From the human T2T-CHM13v2.0 reference genome, Homo sapiens: 64,000 nt of DNA. The position numbers and the translations under genes are program-made. Shown piece after piece: positions 1 through 12,343 of the stretch. The notes under the pieces are model-generated. The model was not told the origin of the DNA and searched no databases. It was given only the letters and a program-made list of their open reading frames with translations. Positions within the stretch are counted from its first letter, which is position 1, and every line of letters starts with the position of its first letter. Where the stretch lies: the NCBI RefSeq assembly GCF_009914755.1, contig NC_060941.1, one strand, 5' to 3'.

Positions 1-380
1 ATTCATATGTGGGAGCTAAAAAAGTGGATCTCATGCAGGTGAGAGTAGAATGACAGTTACCAGAGGCTGGGAAGGGTAAAGAGGAGAAGACATAAAGAGA
101 GGTTGGTTAATGAATACAAAAATACAGTTAAACGTAAGGAAGAAGTTCTAGTATTTGACAGCACAGTGGGGTGACTATAGTTAATAATTTATTGTATATT
201 TCAAAATAGCTAGAAAAAAAGATTTGAAATCTCCTTAACAGAAAGAAAAGATAAATGTTTGAGGTGTTAGATATCCTAATTTTTCTGATTTGATCACAAC
301 ACTTTGCAAGAATGTATAAAAATCTCACATACATCTGATAAATATGTACAATTCTTACATATCAACATAAATTTTTTAAA
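1..380 (+). mobile_element. L1MA-type LINE-1 3' end
   Basis: Typical L1MA 3'UTR text: gagagtagaatgacagttaccagaggctggg...ttattgtatatttcaaaatagctagaa... Confidence 0.8.
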
Positions 381-463
381 AGTTTGCATAATTATCAGCA
401 CTAATCATAAACAAACACACATACAACAAAAAACAAACCAAAAAAGTCCCCCCAGACCTAAAC

Positions 464-500
464 TGTGTGTGTGTGTACACACACACACACACACACACAC
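464..500. repeat. (TG)n(CA)n compound microsatellite
   Basis: tgtgtgtgtgtgt followed directly by (ac)12. Confidence 0.95.
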
Positions 501-1518
501 GAGACTTAGGGCACAAATATCTGCTTATTTTACTCACTTCCACTTCTCTCCATTTAAATATAAAACTTTGATGATAGCAAATAAGGTCTTCTACTTTCAA
601 TAACTTCCCAAGTCGAGTCACTGTCTTTTGCTGTATTGATCTAAGGCATTTTCATTTATTCTAAATAGAATTTTTTTCATCACAGGGCATCCAAAAAGAC
701 AAAATCAATAACCTCTGAGGAATACAGAACTCCAATTTTTAATGGTTCTATTAGAATACTAAAAATTAGGCTACAGAAGGACAAAGGAGGATTAATCTTG
801 TAATTTTTAAATGCCTACTTTAAAACTAAACTAATTCATTTATAATTCTAGGTTTTATTTTCAAATAACCTTAACATAAAATATACTCTCTTTTAATTTT
901 CTCCAAGTAAAACATAGTTTTCTAGCTTCAGACAACTAGACTTTGAAGTTAAGCTATTGACTTGCTCTCCTGGATTGCCAGAAAATAAAGTGCTCTTTAA
1001 TGTGCAGCAGAAGGCAGAGGGAGAAAGAGGAAAAGATTATTCGGGAAACTGTGAAAGCCATTGAGAAGGGAGCAGTCTATTTCCATCTACATCCATGACT
1101 CCACACTGACATTGAGCTTTGTAGTCCCTCTCAGGTAAGGATGATAGACCTTTGAACATGTAAATACTCAAGCATTAATGATGATAGGTACCCCTGCTTA
1201 TTTTGTTAATAAACAGATGCTCCAGATATTATTCTAATACTTGTTTAGTGGACTCACTGTGATACGAGTGCCTCACATACAAACCAGATAAAGTAGGAGA
1301 GCTGGGGCTCATGTAAAAAAGGGTCTAAGGAACATCAATTTCTTCTTGTTACATAGGAGATACATAAATACATTTAAAATATTTGATTTGGTTTGATTTG
1401 TGTATTTTGTCAAAGTAACAACAAAAGTCTTAGTTTTTCTTTTTAATTATGCCAATAATTATTTTTTAAGGTTTTTTTTGGCTTTTTAATTTTTTATTTC
1501 TTTAAATACTTATCCTAC

Positions 1519-1608
1519 AATAGTACTCCAAACCTCAGCATCACACACTATACCCATGTAACAAACCTGCACATGTACCCCCGAATCTAAAAAGTTGAAA
1601 TAAAAAAA
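1519..1608 (+). mobile_element. Short L1PB/L1MA 3'-terminal fragment
   Basis: atacccatgtaacaaacctgcacatgtacccccgaatctaaaa plus an A-rich tail. Confidence 0.8.
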
Positions 1609-2978
1609 TTATCCTATAAAAAGTGTTAGTTTTTGTATAAGACAAGATTATAACCCCTGTCATAGTCAAGAAAGCTTTACAATTTAGGTCATTCAAAAGC
1701 ACATTAATATAAACCTTCATATAAATGAACACCAATTCATCGCATTCAAATTATGTACACATCCTAAGTTTTCCAAGTTATTTGTGTATGTTTTTACCTG
1801 GTAAATTAAATTATTGTTATATTTACAGGTGCCATTATCTATTACACCAGGCTATAGCTTATATATCCAGAGGAAAATGACAACTTTAGGTTCACCAATA
1901 TTTGTGGAACATAATAAAAAATATACGGGATATTGTTGGCCAATCAATTTTATAATTCTAACCTGAGGATAACATTTAATTTAAAGTTTAAGGATATAAA
2001 ACTTCATGTTTTTTAGCAAAGGAAAAAGTCATGGAAAAGATAAAAGTAAAAAGAACAAAAGTGAGGTTGGAAATCCATCTTAAGCCAAAATGACAATGTC
2101 TTCATAAGTTAATATTAATCCTTTAATTATAAATTTTAAAGGTTTAAGTAGTTTCTATGACCTTAACTTTGAATAATTATGCCATATGGAGCTTTTCTTA
2201 AATTTGAAAAAGATGCTGAATTGTTGCTCAAAGCCTTTTCATGATTTCAGGCTGGCAGAATTCCAGTATAATCCTTCAGACACCACTTAAAATTACAGAC
2301 CAGGAACCCAAGCTGGTAAATGCTATGTCAAAATGCTAAGAGCCTTTTACTGAGTAGAGCACATTGTAGAAAACGTTTGATGTGTTGGTATATTTATAAA
2401 TATCAAAACATGAAGCTGAAAACAACTATTTATAGTGGAGAATTTACAAAGGAAAAGATGAACAGATTAGACGAAATTTAAATAAAATGTTTGTGTATCA
2501 TAAAATTAAATCATAAAAGGCAAATGCCAAAGATATTTGCCACAAAGATAAGGGTTTTATCATTCTAAATATAAAAGGAGTTTATTAGATGAGCTGATGA
2601 GAAAAACATTAGGACCCTAAAGGAAGAAAAACTGGAAAAAGACATGAACAGGCAATTTCCCGAAAATGAAATATAAATAAATAACAGGTAAATCCATTGT
2701 AAATGTTCAATCTCTCACACTTAAATATACAAATTAAAACAACTGTTTTTCACAAACATGTACTACAAATTAGGTAAAACTACTAATAAATCTACAGACT
2801 AAGTAGATACTCTACTGAAGTAAATATACATTAGTATAAACTTTCTGAAATGCAATTTGACCTGTTAATTCTACTAGGATTTTAACCTAAAAAAATTGAA
2901 ATTGAAAATGTCAACAAAAGTTTATGTATGATGATGCCAATCTCCACATTAAACAATTAAAATAAAATCTAAAAGTTT

Positions 2979-3272
2979 GGCTGGGTGCAGTGGCTCACGC
3001 CTATAATCACAGCACTTTAGGAGTCAAGGTGGGCGGATCACCTGAGGTCAGGAGTTCAAGACCAGCCTGGTCAACATGGTGAAACCTTGTCCCTACTAAA
3101 GATACAAAAATTAGCTGGATGTGGTGGCGCATGCCTGTAGTCCCAGCTACTCAGGAGTATGAGGCGGGAGAATCGCTTGAACCCGCAAGCCAGAGGTTGC
3201 AGTGAGCCGAGATCAGGCCACTGCACTCCATCCTGGGCTACAAAGGAAGACTCTATCTCAAAAAAAAAAAAA
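2979..3272 (+). mobile_element. AluS (Sx-like)
   Basis: Full dimer with ggatcacctgaggtcaggagttc and an A tail. Confidence 0.92.
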
Positions 3273-3316
3273 CCTAAATGTTCTAAAATAAAGAAATAAC
3301 ACAATTAATTACATCT

Positions 3317-3615
<299 letters not shown>

Positions 3616-3620
3616 TCAAA

Positions 3621-3925
<305 letters not shown>

Positions 3926-5143
3926 TTTGTTATACCCATAAAACAGGATATCATGAAACAATGAAAACAATATTTTCAAAGAATTTCAAATGACATTGGA
4001 ATATTCTTAGTATAATGCTTTAAAAAGCAAGAGATCAAATTAATTAGTTTGATCTTGGGCAGCTAAGTTAGTATGGCTATTTTACATATACATTAAATTA
4101 TTACTATTATATCTGAGTGGTGGTAGGAACAGGGAATTTTACACCTTTCTCCACTTTCCCTATTTTCTAAAATATCTTCTATTTCAAGGAAGGTTATTTT
4201 TAAAATAGCTGAATAGGTTTCTAAAACCATTGTCCAATTTAGATACCAAAGTTTAATCAAACTTCTGAAAATTACACACTATCATCACTTAGTAATGTTC
4301 TTTAATTTTTCAAAAGTTCATATTTTATGGACTTTGTTTCAATTAGGTTTGAAAAGATTTTAAAAGGCCACAAAAGAAGCTTTCACTTTGCAAAATGTCA
4401 ATCATTTACTCTCTTGGATTCTTTATTTGAAGCATTTTGACCTTGTGGAGGTATTTCATGTTTCTCTTAACTCAAAATCATTGAAGATATCATTTGGGTC
4501 TAAATTGCTGCTGACAGAAACTCAGGTAGGATGTGGACTTAGGAATTCTTTTATAACCTTAACATCGTAAGTGCTACTGAAACAACACAGACCCATATAG
4601 AATGTCACACTGAGATTATTTATTATTCTGGTATTATTGTCCTCTCCTCTTTGAACCTCAACTTTATACTCAATGATAGAAAATGAACTTCTAAACCTCT
4701 GAATTCTTGACTGGGTTTTAAACTGCTGGCAAATATTTTAAATTTCAGATTTATTTAAATACGATAAAAACATCCAACTTAAAAAGATACTGTGAGAAGA
4801 GTTCAAGCAACTGGCAGAATGACATAACAGACTCACAAAAGAATCAGCAGCTTGTTAGTTTTATTCAAACTCACAGTAAAAACTCAAATTTTAAAAAATT
4901 TGTGTAGAAAAATTCAAAGTATGTCTCAATAAAGATTAATGCTATGTTTTTAACTTATTAAGTGATATGAAGGAAATCAAAACACTAAAAGAACATATAA
5001 ATATTTGAATACAAAGATGTATCATATCCTACCCAAAGTATTTATAATGATTTGAGATCAAATGTGGATAAATCAATAACAGTTTATTCACATGACCAGG
5101 CACAGAGGCTATCTTGAATTTCTCAGTAGATTATCATTCTTTT

Positions 5144-5403
5144 TGTTTTGTTTTGTTTTGTTTTGTTTTGAGACGGAGTCTCGCTCTGTTGCCTAGGCTG
5201 AAGCACAGTGGCGCAATCTCGGCTCACTACAAGCTCCGCCTCCCGGGTTCACGCCATTCTCTTGCCTCAGCTTCCCGAGTAGCTGGGACTACAGGCGCCC
5301 GCCACCACACCTGGCTAATTTTTTGTATTTTTTAGTAGAGACGGGGTTTCACCGTGTTAGCCAGGATGGTCTCGATCTCCTGACCTTGTGATTCGCCCGC
5401 CTC
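5144..5403 (-). mobile_element. 5'-truncated AluY with 15-bp TSD GATTATCATTCTTTT
   Basis: AluY diagnostics (caagctccgcctcccgggttcacgccattc, ccgtgttagccaggatggtctcgatc); TSD at 5129-5143 and 5404-5418. Confidence 0.93.
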
Positions 5404-5418
5404 GATTATCATTCTTTT

Positions 5419-5520
5419 ATTCACTCACTTAATATTTAATGAGTGCTTACTGTGTGTAAGGCACCATGCAAGCTCCTGGGGCATTAGAAACAAATATTTC
5501 CTGCTTTCAGGGAATTCGGA
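5419..5520 (-). mobile_element. L2 3'-end fragment
   Basis: attcactcacttaatatttaatgagtgcttactgtgtgtaaggcac resembles the reverse complement of the L2 tail. Confidence 0.6.
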
Positions 5521-6159
5521 GTCCAGGTCTTTACTGCATTTGAAAATGCTAAACTCCTTTGACTATTTATGTAAAAATATCAATCATTGGAAATACAAAT
5601 TACTCGATGTGAGCACAGCATTTAGATATCATCATATGGACTCTGAGGTTGGTGAATTCCACCAACTGGACAAAAACCGAACTCATCGCACTCAACACCA
5701 GCCTATGTAAAAGAGAGTCTTCCCTTTCCCCAGACTCTCCCTTTTTGTCAACAAGTCCCTCCATTCTGGTTCATCTCAGTACCTCTACCCATGTCAGCTA
5801 AAAGAACTGTCCTCAAACCTCCCTTCTAAATTCTGGGATCCCTTGTGTTCTCACTTCAATCCAGGAGCATTCCATTCTTCCAGATGCAGGATACCCATGC
5901 TCCCTCCTCTACCTGCAGAACTCCAATTCTATAGGAACAAATTCCCTTATATCTTCTTCCTTTCCAAGGCATTCCACTGTTCAGCTGGAAGCCTGTTTCG
6001 CTTTTTTTGAAACTCCTCACCTAAGCAGACTACTCTGATTCTTTACTAAGAATACAGATGCTATTAGCTACAAGGTCTTTTCAAGTCTTGTCAGAGAGCT
6101 TCTCTATATCTTTACCAATGCTTGACTTCCTTCCTCCATTGGTGAAGGTCATGCCTCCT

Positions 6160-6560
6160 GTCACTCATTCATGTCATACCCGGAGGGCACCTGCCCCGAG
6201 CTGGGTTTTCTAGGCACTGGTGGTACAGAAGTAAACAAGCTAGACAAGGTCCTGCTAACAGAGCTTATGTTCTAGTGGGTGGGAGGAAACAAGCGAACAA
6301 ATAAAAGGATGATTTCAGGTAATGCTATGAGCTATGAAGACAATGGGACAAAAAAAGGTGGCATAGGTAGGCCAGACTTTGGATGAAAAGGTCGGGGAAG
6401 GATGCTCTGAGGAGTGTAGAATGATGTCAAGGAGGTTGGCCATTGAAAAAATCATGTGGAGAAGCATTCTGGAAGAGGGTGACAGCAGCTGCAAAGACCT
6501 GGAGGCAGGGGAGAGTGTGGCACATTCTGGGAAAAGACCAATGGACCCTTGCAGCCTTGT
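6160..6560 (-). mobile_element. L2 fragment
   Basis: ctaggcactggtggtacagaagtaaacaagctagacaaggtcctgct...gagcttatgttctagtggg...ggaaggatgctctgaggag. Confidence 0.65.
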
Positions 6561-6639
6561 AGCCGAGGGCTGAGGTAGGCCTGTGCTGCGTCTGTGCTGG
6601 GGATGCCATTCCCACCTGCACCACCTCACAGATCACAAG

Positions 6640-8050
6640 CCATCAATGATCTCTGATTCTTCACGTCATTAAGCTGTTCCTCTCCATTAGTCCCTTTGTG
6701 TACTTCAAAATGCTCAACCCATGTTCAGCCCCAAAATATATTCTCTTTAACTCCTGCTGCTCTTTGGAACTACATCTTTCTTTTAACATCGTATTTTCCC
6801 AAACAACAGGATGTTCCCTCACTTCCACTTCCAGACTTATCTTTTGAAACCCTGTTTCTGGGCACACAATCATTTTCAGCGCACTGTCCAAGATCATCAA
6901 TGACTTTGTGGTTTCACATCCAGTGACCTTTCTTCAACCCTCATCCTTCCTGAGTTTGGGTCACATTCTTGACAATCCCCCTTTCCAAATAGTCTTTTCC
7001 TCTATTTCCATAAAAATGCATTCTTCTCATGTTCCTTCTACCTTCGTGACCCTTCTTCAACTGTTTCCTCCCTGGCCTCTCAAATGGAGCTGTACCCCTA
7101 AGTTCTTCCTTCACAGTTGCCCTCTCTCTCCCTCCCTCCCTGCCTCTTTCCCCCTTGCTTTAACAGTCCCACTCACTCTCAAGGCCACTGGCCAGGCCTT
7201 CTCTGTGGGTGATTCCCACAGCTGTTTGTCTCCAATCCTGCCTGCTCTTGGGATATCCAGAAGCATTCTTTCAACAGCAAGGGAAAGTGTAGTGTCACTT
7301 CAAACTCCACATGTTCTTAACTCAGTTCAGCTTCCTCCTCCTCCGACCAGAAACTTCTACATTCCTGATCGATTTATATTTAACCAACCTAATCAGTGCT
7401 ATCTCTATGATGATTTTCAAATGTCCTCTTTGTCCCCTTGCTACTGCCGACACTCTCACTGCCTTCTCACGCACATCTGCTGTGCCCTCAAGGACCTCCT
7501 GCCTGGATTAATCCAGTCCTTGTTACCTCCTGCTGCTGCTACCACATCTTGCCAACACCAAGAGGATGATGTTCCTAAGAATCACTGGAATCTTGACACT
7601 TCATTTCCCCAAAACCTTTGGCAACTCCTCACTGTTTACCCAATGAAGCAAAAATGCTTATCACAGCTTTGGAGACTTTCGATGATCCTGAAGCTATCTT
7701 AGCTTGGTTGCTAGCTCTCCCCTGGATCAACCTCTATGTCATGGAAACGGTTTTGTTTGCTCTTGCTTTCCTTATTCTTTTGACTTAGAATGCCATCCAA
7801 CATATCTACTAATTAAAATCCTACTTATGTTACTTATGTCTCATTCAAGTAACATCTCTCCCAATTAATTTTCCCGATTTCCTCAGCAGAAAATGATTTT
7901 CCCCAAATTCACACTGTCTTGCATTATAGTTATCTGTGTAGTGTACTTGCAGTATTTTTCTTGCAGTCACTATTATTTTTCTATTTGAGGACAGTGGCCC
8001 CCTCCCCTGTTTTTTATATACCCACAGTGCCTGGGATAATGCCTTTCTGG
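6640..8050 (+). mobile_element. Degraded L2 (ORF2 region to 3' end)
   Basis: C/T-rich L2-like text ending in cccacagtgcctggg; boundaries approximate. Confidence 0.45.
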
Positions 8051-8454
8051 AATATAAAAATTCAGGTTTCTAATACTAATTTTTAAATTATCTTTACCCT
8101 GTAAATTAGCATCACGTATAAACCTACATTTCACGAAGTTCATCTCCTATTAAAAAGAGGCATTTGGAATGTGAATATATAATGCAGGAAAATTACGGCC
8201 TAAATTGGATGTGTTATATGTCTGACTTTGGCATATCCAATTTTCTTAAATCAAGGTGCACAGGTATCTGTGCTATTTAAGAACATTTACTTAGAAATAC
8301 TTTGAACTGCTAGAAGAGTTGACTGAAGCCAAGGTGAAGTGAGTGTAAGAGTTAACAGAAAAGATAAGTGGCAACACCACTTTCCCTTTCCATCAGTCTC
8401 TCTTTTATCTGCTATTGTCAAAGTCTGAGACTATACCATATAAGAATATTTCCT

Positions 8455-8760
8455 GGCCTGGCGCGGTGGCTTACGCCTGTAATCCCAGTACTTTGGGAGG
8501 TCGAGTTGGGTGGATTGTCCGAAGTCAGGAGTTTGAGACCATCCTGGCCAACATGGTAAAACCCCATCTCTACTAAAAATACAAAAATTAGCCAGACGTG
8601 CTGGCGGGTGCCTATAATCCCAGCTACTCAGGAGGCTGAGGCAGGAGAGTTGCTTGAACCCAGGTGCCGGAAGTTGCAGTGAGCCGAGATCATGCCACTG
8701 CACTCCAGCCTGGGCGACAGAGTGAGACTCTGTCTCAAAAAAAAAAAAAAAAAAAAAAAA
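8455..8760 (+). mobile_element. AluS (Sx-like) with TSD AAGAATATTTCC
   Basis: Full dimer, ~25-nt A tail, flanking repeat at 8442 and 8759. Confidence 0.92.
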
Positions 8761-8839
8761 GAATATTTCCCTAATTCCTGAACTGTATATTTTAGCATCG
8801 AGACATTATTATTTTATCCTGCTGTGAGGGAATTATCAC

Positions 8840-9450
8840 TAACATCCCACTTAGCCTGAACATGTCCCGAGAGGCCCAACCTATTGGTCTTGTAGTCTTC
8901 TTCCTTTCGGCAAAGAGGAATTCCATCTGTCCACTGGCTTGGGAAAATAGCCTTGGTGCTGCCCGTGACTGTTCCACCCTACTTCCCACCCCCCAGCATA
9001 TTCCACGAACCAACAGTGAATGCTGTCAGGTCTACCTTCAGAACATATCCCAAATCTGATCAGGTTTTACTACCTTCATTGCTATTGGCTAGACCCAGCT
9101 CTCTATTACCTTTCCTCTATATTTTTGCAACAGCGTTTTAACTGTTCTCTCTACTTCCTCCTTTGCCATCAATTCAGTCTATTCTCAGCACAGCAGATGA
9201 TGACATCCTATTCAAGTGTGAGTCAAATCATGTCACTCCTATGCTCAAAATCTGCCAACTTCCTCTACTCATAGAGAGTCAAAGCAAAGCCCTCTCACTG
9301 GCCTACTCAGACCTACGTGACCTGGACCCACACCCTGAGGTTTCTTCTCTGGCCTCATCACTTTCCCTCTTCTTCTCACTCATCATTTCCAGACACACCA
9401 CTTTCCCTGCTGTTCTGCCAAGAAGTCAGGCTCACTCCTGCCTATTTACA
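8840..9450 (+). mobile_element. L2a-like fragment
   Basis: tctaccttcagaacatatcccaaatctga...gtcaaatcatgtcactcctatgctcaaaatctgccaacttcc typical of L2. Confidence 0.7.
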
Positions 9451-10386
9451 GTCCTTTTTCCTATTTATTTCTGGGTTCATAGCTATGCTATCAAGGGCCA
9501 AATCTGCTGAAATCTGACTTTCAAATTAATTAAAGTACAATAAAGCAAGTACCTTAGGATCTCAGTCTATGTAAAATCAATGTAGTAATGGCTAGTATGG
9601 TATTGCATACTCTTTAAAAGCTCAACATTATTTGAAGATGAAGAGGGATAGGTGGAAAGAAATTAAACAAAATTTAGATGATTCTTAAGTTACCCTTTGC
9701 AAGTTTCTCATTCCCAAGATAAAGACTGGTCTTAAGAAACTCAAGAGGCAATTTTGGAAACAGCAATTCACATTTAGTACCTGACTAAAATAGTTATACT
9801 TTTTCTGAACGTCAAAAGAAAGAATATTTGAGATTGCACCTTTAATATAAGTCCAATCAAAATGTGTAAACATTATATTGACATTTATTCCAATAATATA
9901 TACTTCTAAAAAGACTTTTCTTATCTCGACTGAAATATCAACCTGGGAAAATAAGTCATCATTTATGTGACACTGTTATAAAAAGCTGTAAAATCTAGAA
10001 ATGCTTATTAGACAACTGAGGGAAGATCTGAAACTTAGTCCCATTTAGGAAAATTTAGGGATACAGCCCCAGTATTTCTAATCAAAATAATATTGGACAA
10101 TATTATAATATCACTTTATTACAACGTGTATTTAATTACTATGGAATAGGATATTCCATATAATCCCTTCCATGAAAGCCAAGGGAAAAGTTAGGAAATT
10201 CCCTAGATTATTTTACTGGTACTTAGACATAGGAGCAAGATACTTAAATTCCTCGACTGAAGAGTTTATACATTTAAAGAGTAATGCCATGTCTACTACC
10301 TTTTGGAGATTAAATATAAGGGTGGTGGCAATGGATTTTAAACATGGATTTCAACTGCCTATTAAAAAACTAGTTAAATATCTTAC

Positions 10387-10617
10387 CTTTTCCAGTGTCA
10401 TCTCTGTCTCAGCAGCATGAGTCTTTTTCAGCTCTATTTTCATCTTTTCTGATTCAGCCTTCAGTTTATTGACGACAATCTCATGTTCCCTTGTAGCCCT
10501 TTGCTTTTCCTCTTCACGAAGAAGACCAAGCTCTACCAGCTGCTGTTTCCGCTGTGAGTTCACATTGATCAATTCTTCTCTCAACTTGTGAACCTGGGCC
10601 TCCATGTCGGCAATAAC
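10387..10617 (-). CDS. CEP112: CEP112 next internal coding exon, 77 codons (VIADMEAQVH...TEMTLEK), phase 0/0
   Basis: Acceptor ...tttttaaaaacaag|GTT (ct at 10618-10619); donor AAG|gtaaga (ac at 10385-10386); 231 nt open; joins in frame to the upstream exon (...KRDAQ|VIADM...). Confidence 0.93.
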
Positions 10618-10625
10618 CTTGTTTT

Positions 10626-10720
10626 TAAAAATGGAAAAATGGGCAGAAGATATCAATAGGGAAGTCACAAAAGAAGAACCAATGGGCAAAAGGCCAATAA
10701 ATGAAATATGAACATATGGA
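10626..10720 (+). mobile_element. Short old L1 ORF2 3' remnant abutting the exon acceptor
   Basis: aaaaatgggcagaagatatcaatagggaagtcacaaaagaagaa...ggccaataa...aacatatggaa resembles L1 aaaaatgggcaaaggacatgaacagacacttctcaaaagaagac...ggccaacaaacatatgaaa. Confidence 0.55.
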
Positions 10721-10739
10721 ATAGAAAGCTTAGATTGCA

Positions 10740-11068
10740 CTCCATCCTTCCTTCTTTCCTTCCTTCCCTCCCTCTTTCCCTCTCCCTTCCTTCCTTCCTT
10801 CCCTTCCCTTTCCTTCCCTCCCTCCCTCCTTCCCTTCCCCTCCTCCCTTCCCTTCCCTTCCCTTTCCTTCCCTTTCCTTCCCTCCCTCCCTCCTTCCCTT
10901 CCCCTCCCCTCCTCCCTTCCCTTCCTTCCTTCCCTCCCTCCCTTCCCTCTCCCTCCCTCCCTCCCTTCCTTCCTTCCCTTTCCTTCCTTCCCTCCCTCCC
11001 TCCCTTTCCTTCCTTCCTTCCTTCCCTCCCTCATTCCCTCCCTCCCTCCCTCCTCTACTTCCTTCATT
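10740..11068. repeat. ~330-bp polypyrimidine/polypurine (CCTT/CCCT/CCCTT)n tract
   Basis: Almost only C and T on the plus strand. Confidence 0.95.
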
Positions 11069-11604
11069 CCATATTCCCATGTCATTCCTTCCTAGCTCAG
11101 AGGCAAATACCACCTGGAACATTTTACCATACTTTTGGATCTTTAAACAACATATTGTTTAGTTTTACTTGTTTCTAATTTCTATGTAAATGGAATATTA
11201 CATGTATTTTTCTGAAACTTGCTGTTTCAAATATTCAACATCATCATGTTCCTGAAATTCATCCAGTGTTCCCTATTGGATTTTTACTTTTTATTGATCG
11301 ATTTCTGCTTTTATTTTTATGTCCTTCTTCCTACTTTCCTAAGGTTTATTTTGTATTCTTTCTTCTAACTTCTTATTTTGGATACTTAACTCATTTATTT
11401 TTTATCATTTCTTCTTTTCTGATTTATAAATGTAAGACTACAAATGTCTCTCTGGATACTGATTTAGTTCCATCTCTTTGGTTTAGATATGTGGTATTTT
11501 CATTATCGTTTAGTTCAAAATACTTTTTTAACTTCCATTATAATTTTTGTCTTTGACTTATGAACCATTTAGAAGTATGTTTCTTAATTCCCAAGCATAT
11601 GGGA

Positions 11605-12343
11605 CATATTAGTTTCCCAGGGTTGCCATAACAAAGTAGCACAAACTAGATGGCTTAAAAGAACAGAATTTTATTCTCTCATAGTTCTGGAGGCTAGAAG
11701 TCTTAAAATCAAGGTGTTGGCAGAGTTGGTTCCTTCTGGAAACTCTGAAGGAGAAGCTGTTCCATGCCTGTCTCCTAGCTTCTGGTATTTCCTGACAGTC
11801 ACTGTGCCTTGGTGTGTAAATGCATCATTCCAATCAGTGCCTTTGTCTTCAGATGGATTTGTTCTCTCTGGGTGTCTGTGTCTCTGTGGTGCTGTATTTT
11901 ATAAGGACACTGGTCATACTGGATTTAGGGCCCACCTTAATCCAGCATCACCTAATTTTAACTTGATTACATCTGCAAAAATTCTATTTCCGGCCAGGCG
12001 CAGTGACTCATGTCTGTAATCCCAGCACTTTGGGAGGCCGAGGCGGGTGGATCACAAGGTCAGGAGTTCAAGACCAGCCTGGCCAAGATGGTGAAACCCC
12101 GTCTCTACTGAAAATGCAAAAATTAGCTGGGCATGGTGGTGGGCACCTGTAATCCCAGCTGCTCGGAAGGCGGAGGCAGAGAACTGCTTGAACCTGGGAG
12201 GTGGAGGTTGCAGTGAGCTGAAATTGCGCCACTGCACTCCCGCCTGGGCAACAGAGCGAGACTCCATCTAAAAAAAAAAAAAAAATTCTATTTCCGGTTC
12301 TGTGTAGACAGGAAATTTTGAGAGGGACACCATTAAACTCAGG
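11605..12343 (-). mobile_element. MLT1 (ERVL-MaLR) solo LTR split by an Alu
   Basis: tattagtttcccagggttgccataacaaagtagcacaaactagatggcttaaaa...ctggaggctagaagtc...aatcaaggtgttggcag. Confidence 0.85.
11992..12285 (+). mobile_element. AluSg-like with TSD AAAAATTCTATTTCC
   Basis: Full dimer; the TSD flanks both sides inside MLT1. Confidence 0.92.

Noticed and set aside
1130-1160. Plus-strand CAG|GTAAGG donor and nearby CCTTTGAAC
   Set aside because: Antisense to the gene with no supporting exon; single short motifs are expected by chance.
6908-7702. 264-aa plus-strand ORF
   Set aside because: S/P/L-rich translation of pyrimidine-rich L2-like sequence; non-ATG start; no recognisable domain.
10708-11178. 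Pro/Ser/Leu/Phe-rich 156-aa ORF and the overlapping Gly/Arg/Glu ORF
   Set aside because: Artefacts of a CT repeat that cannot contain stop codons.
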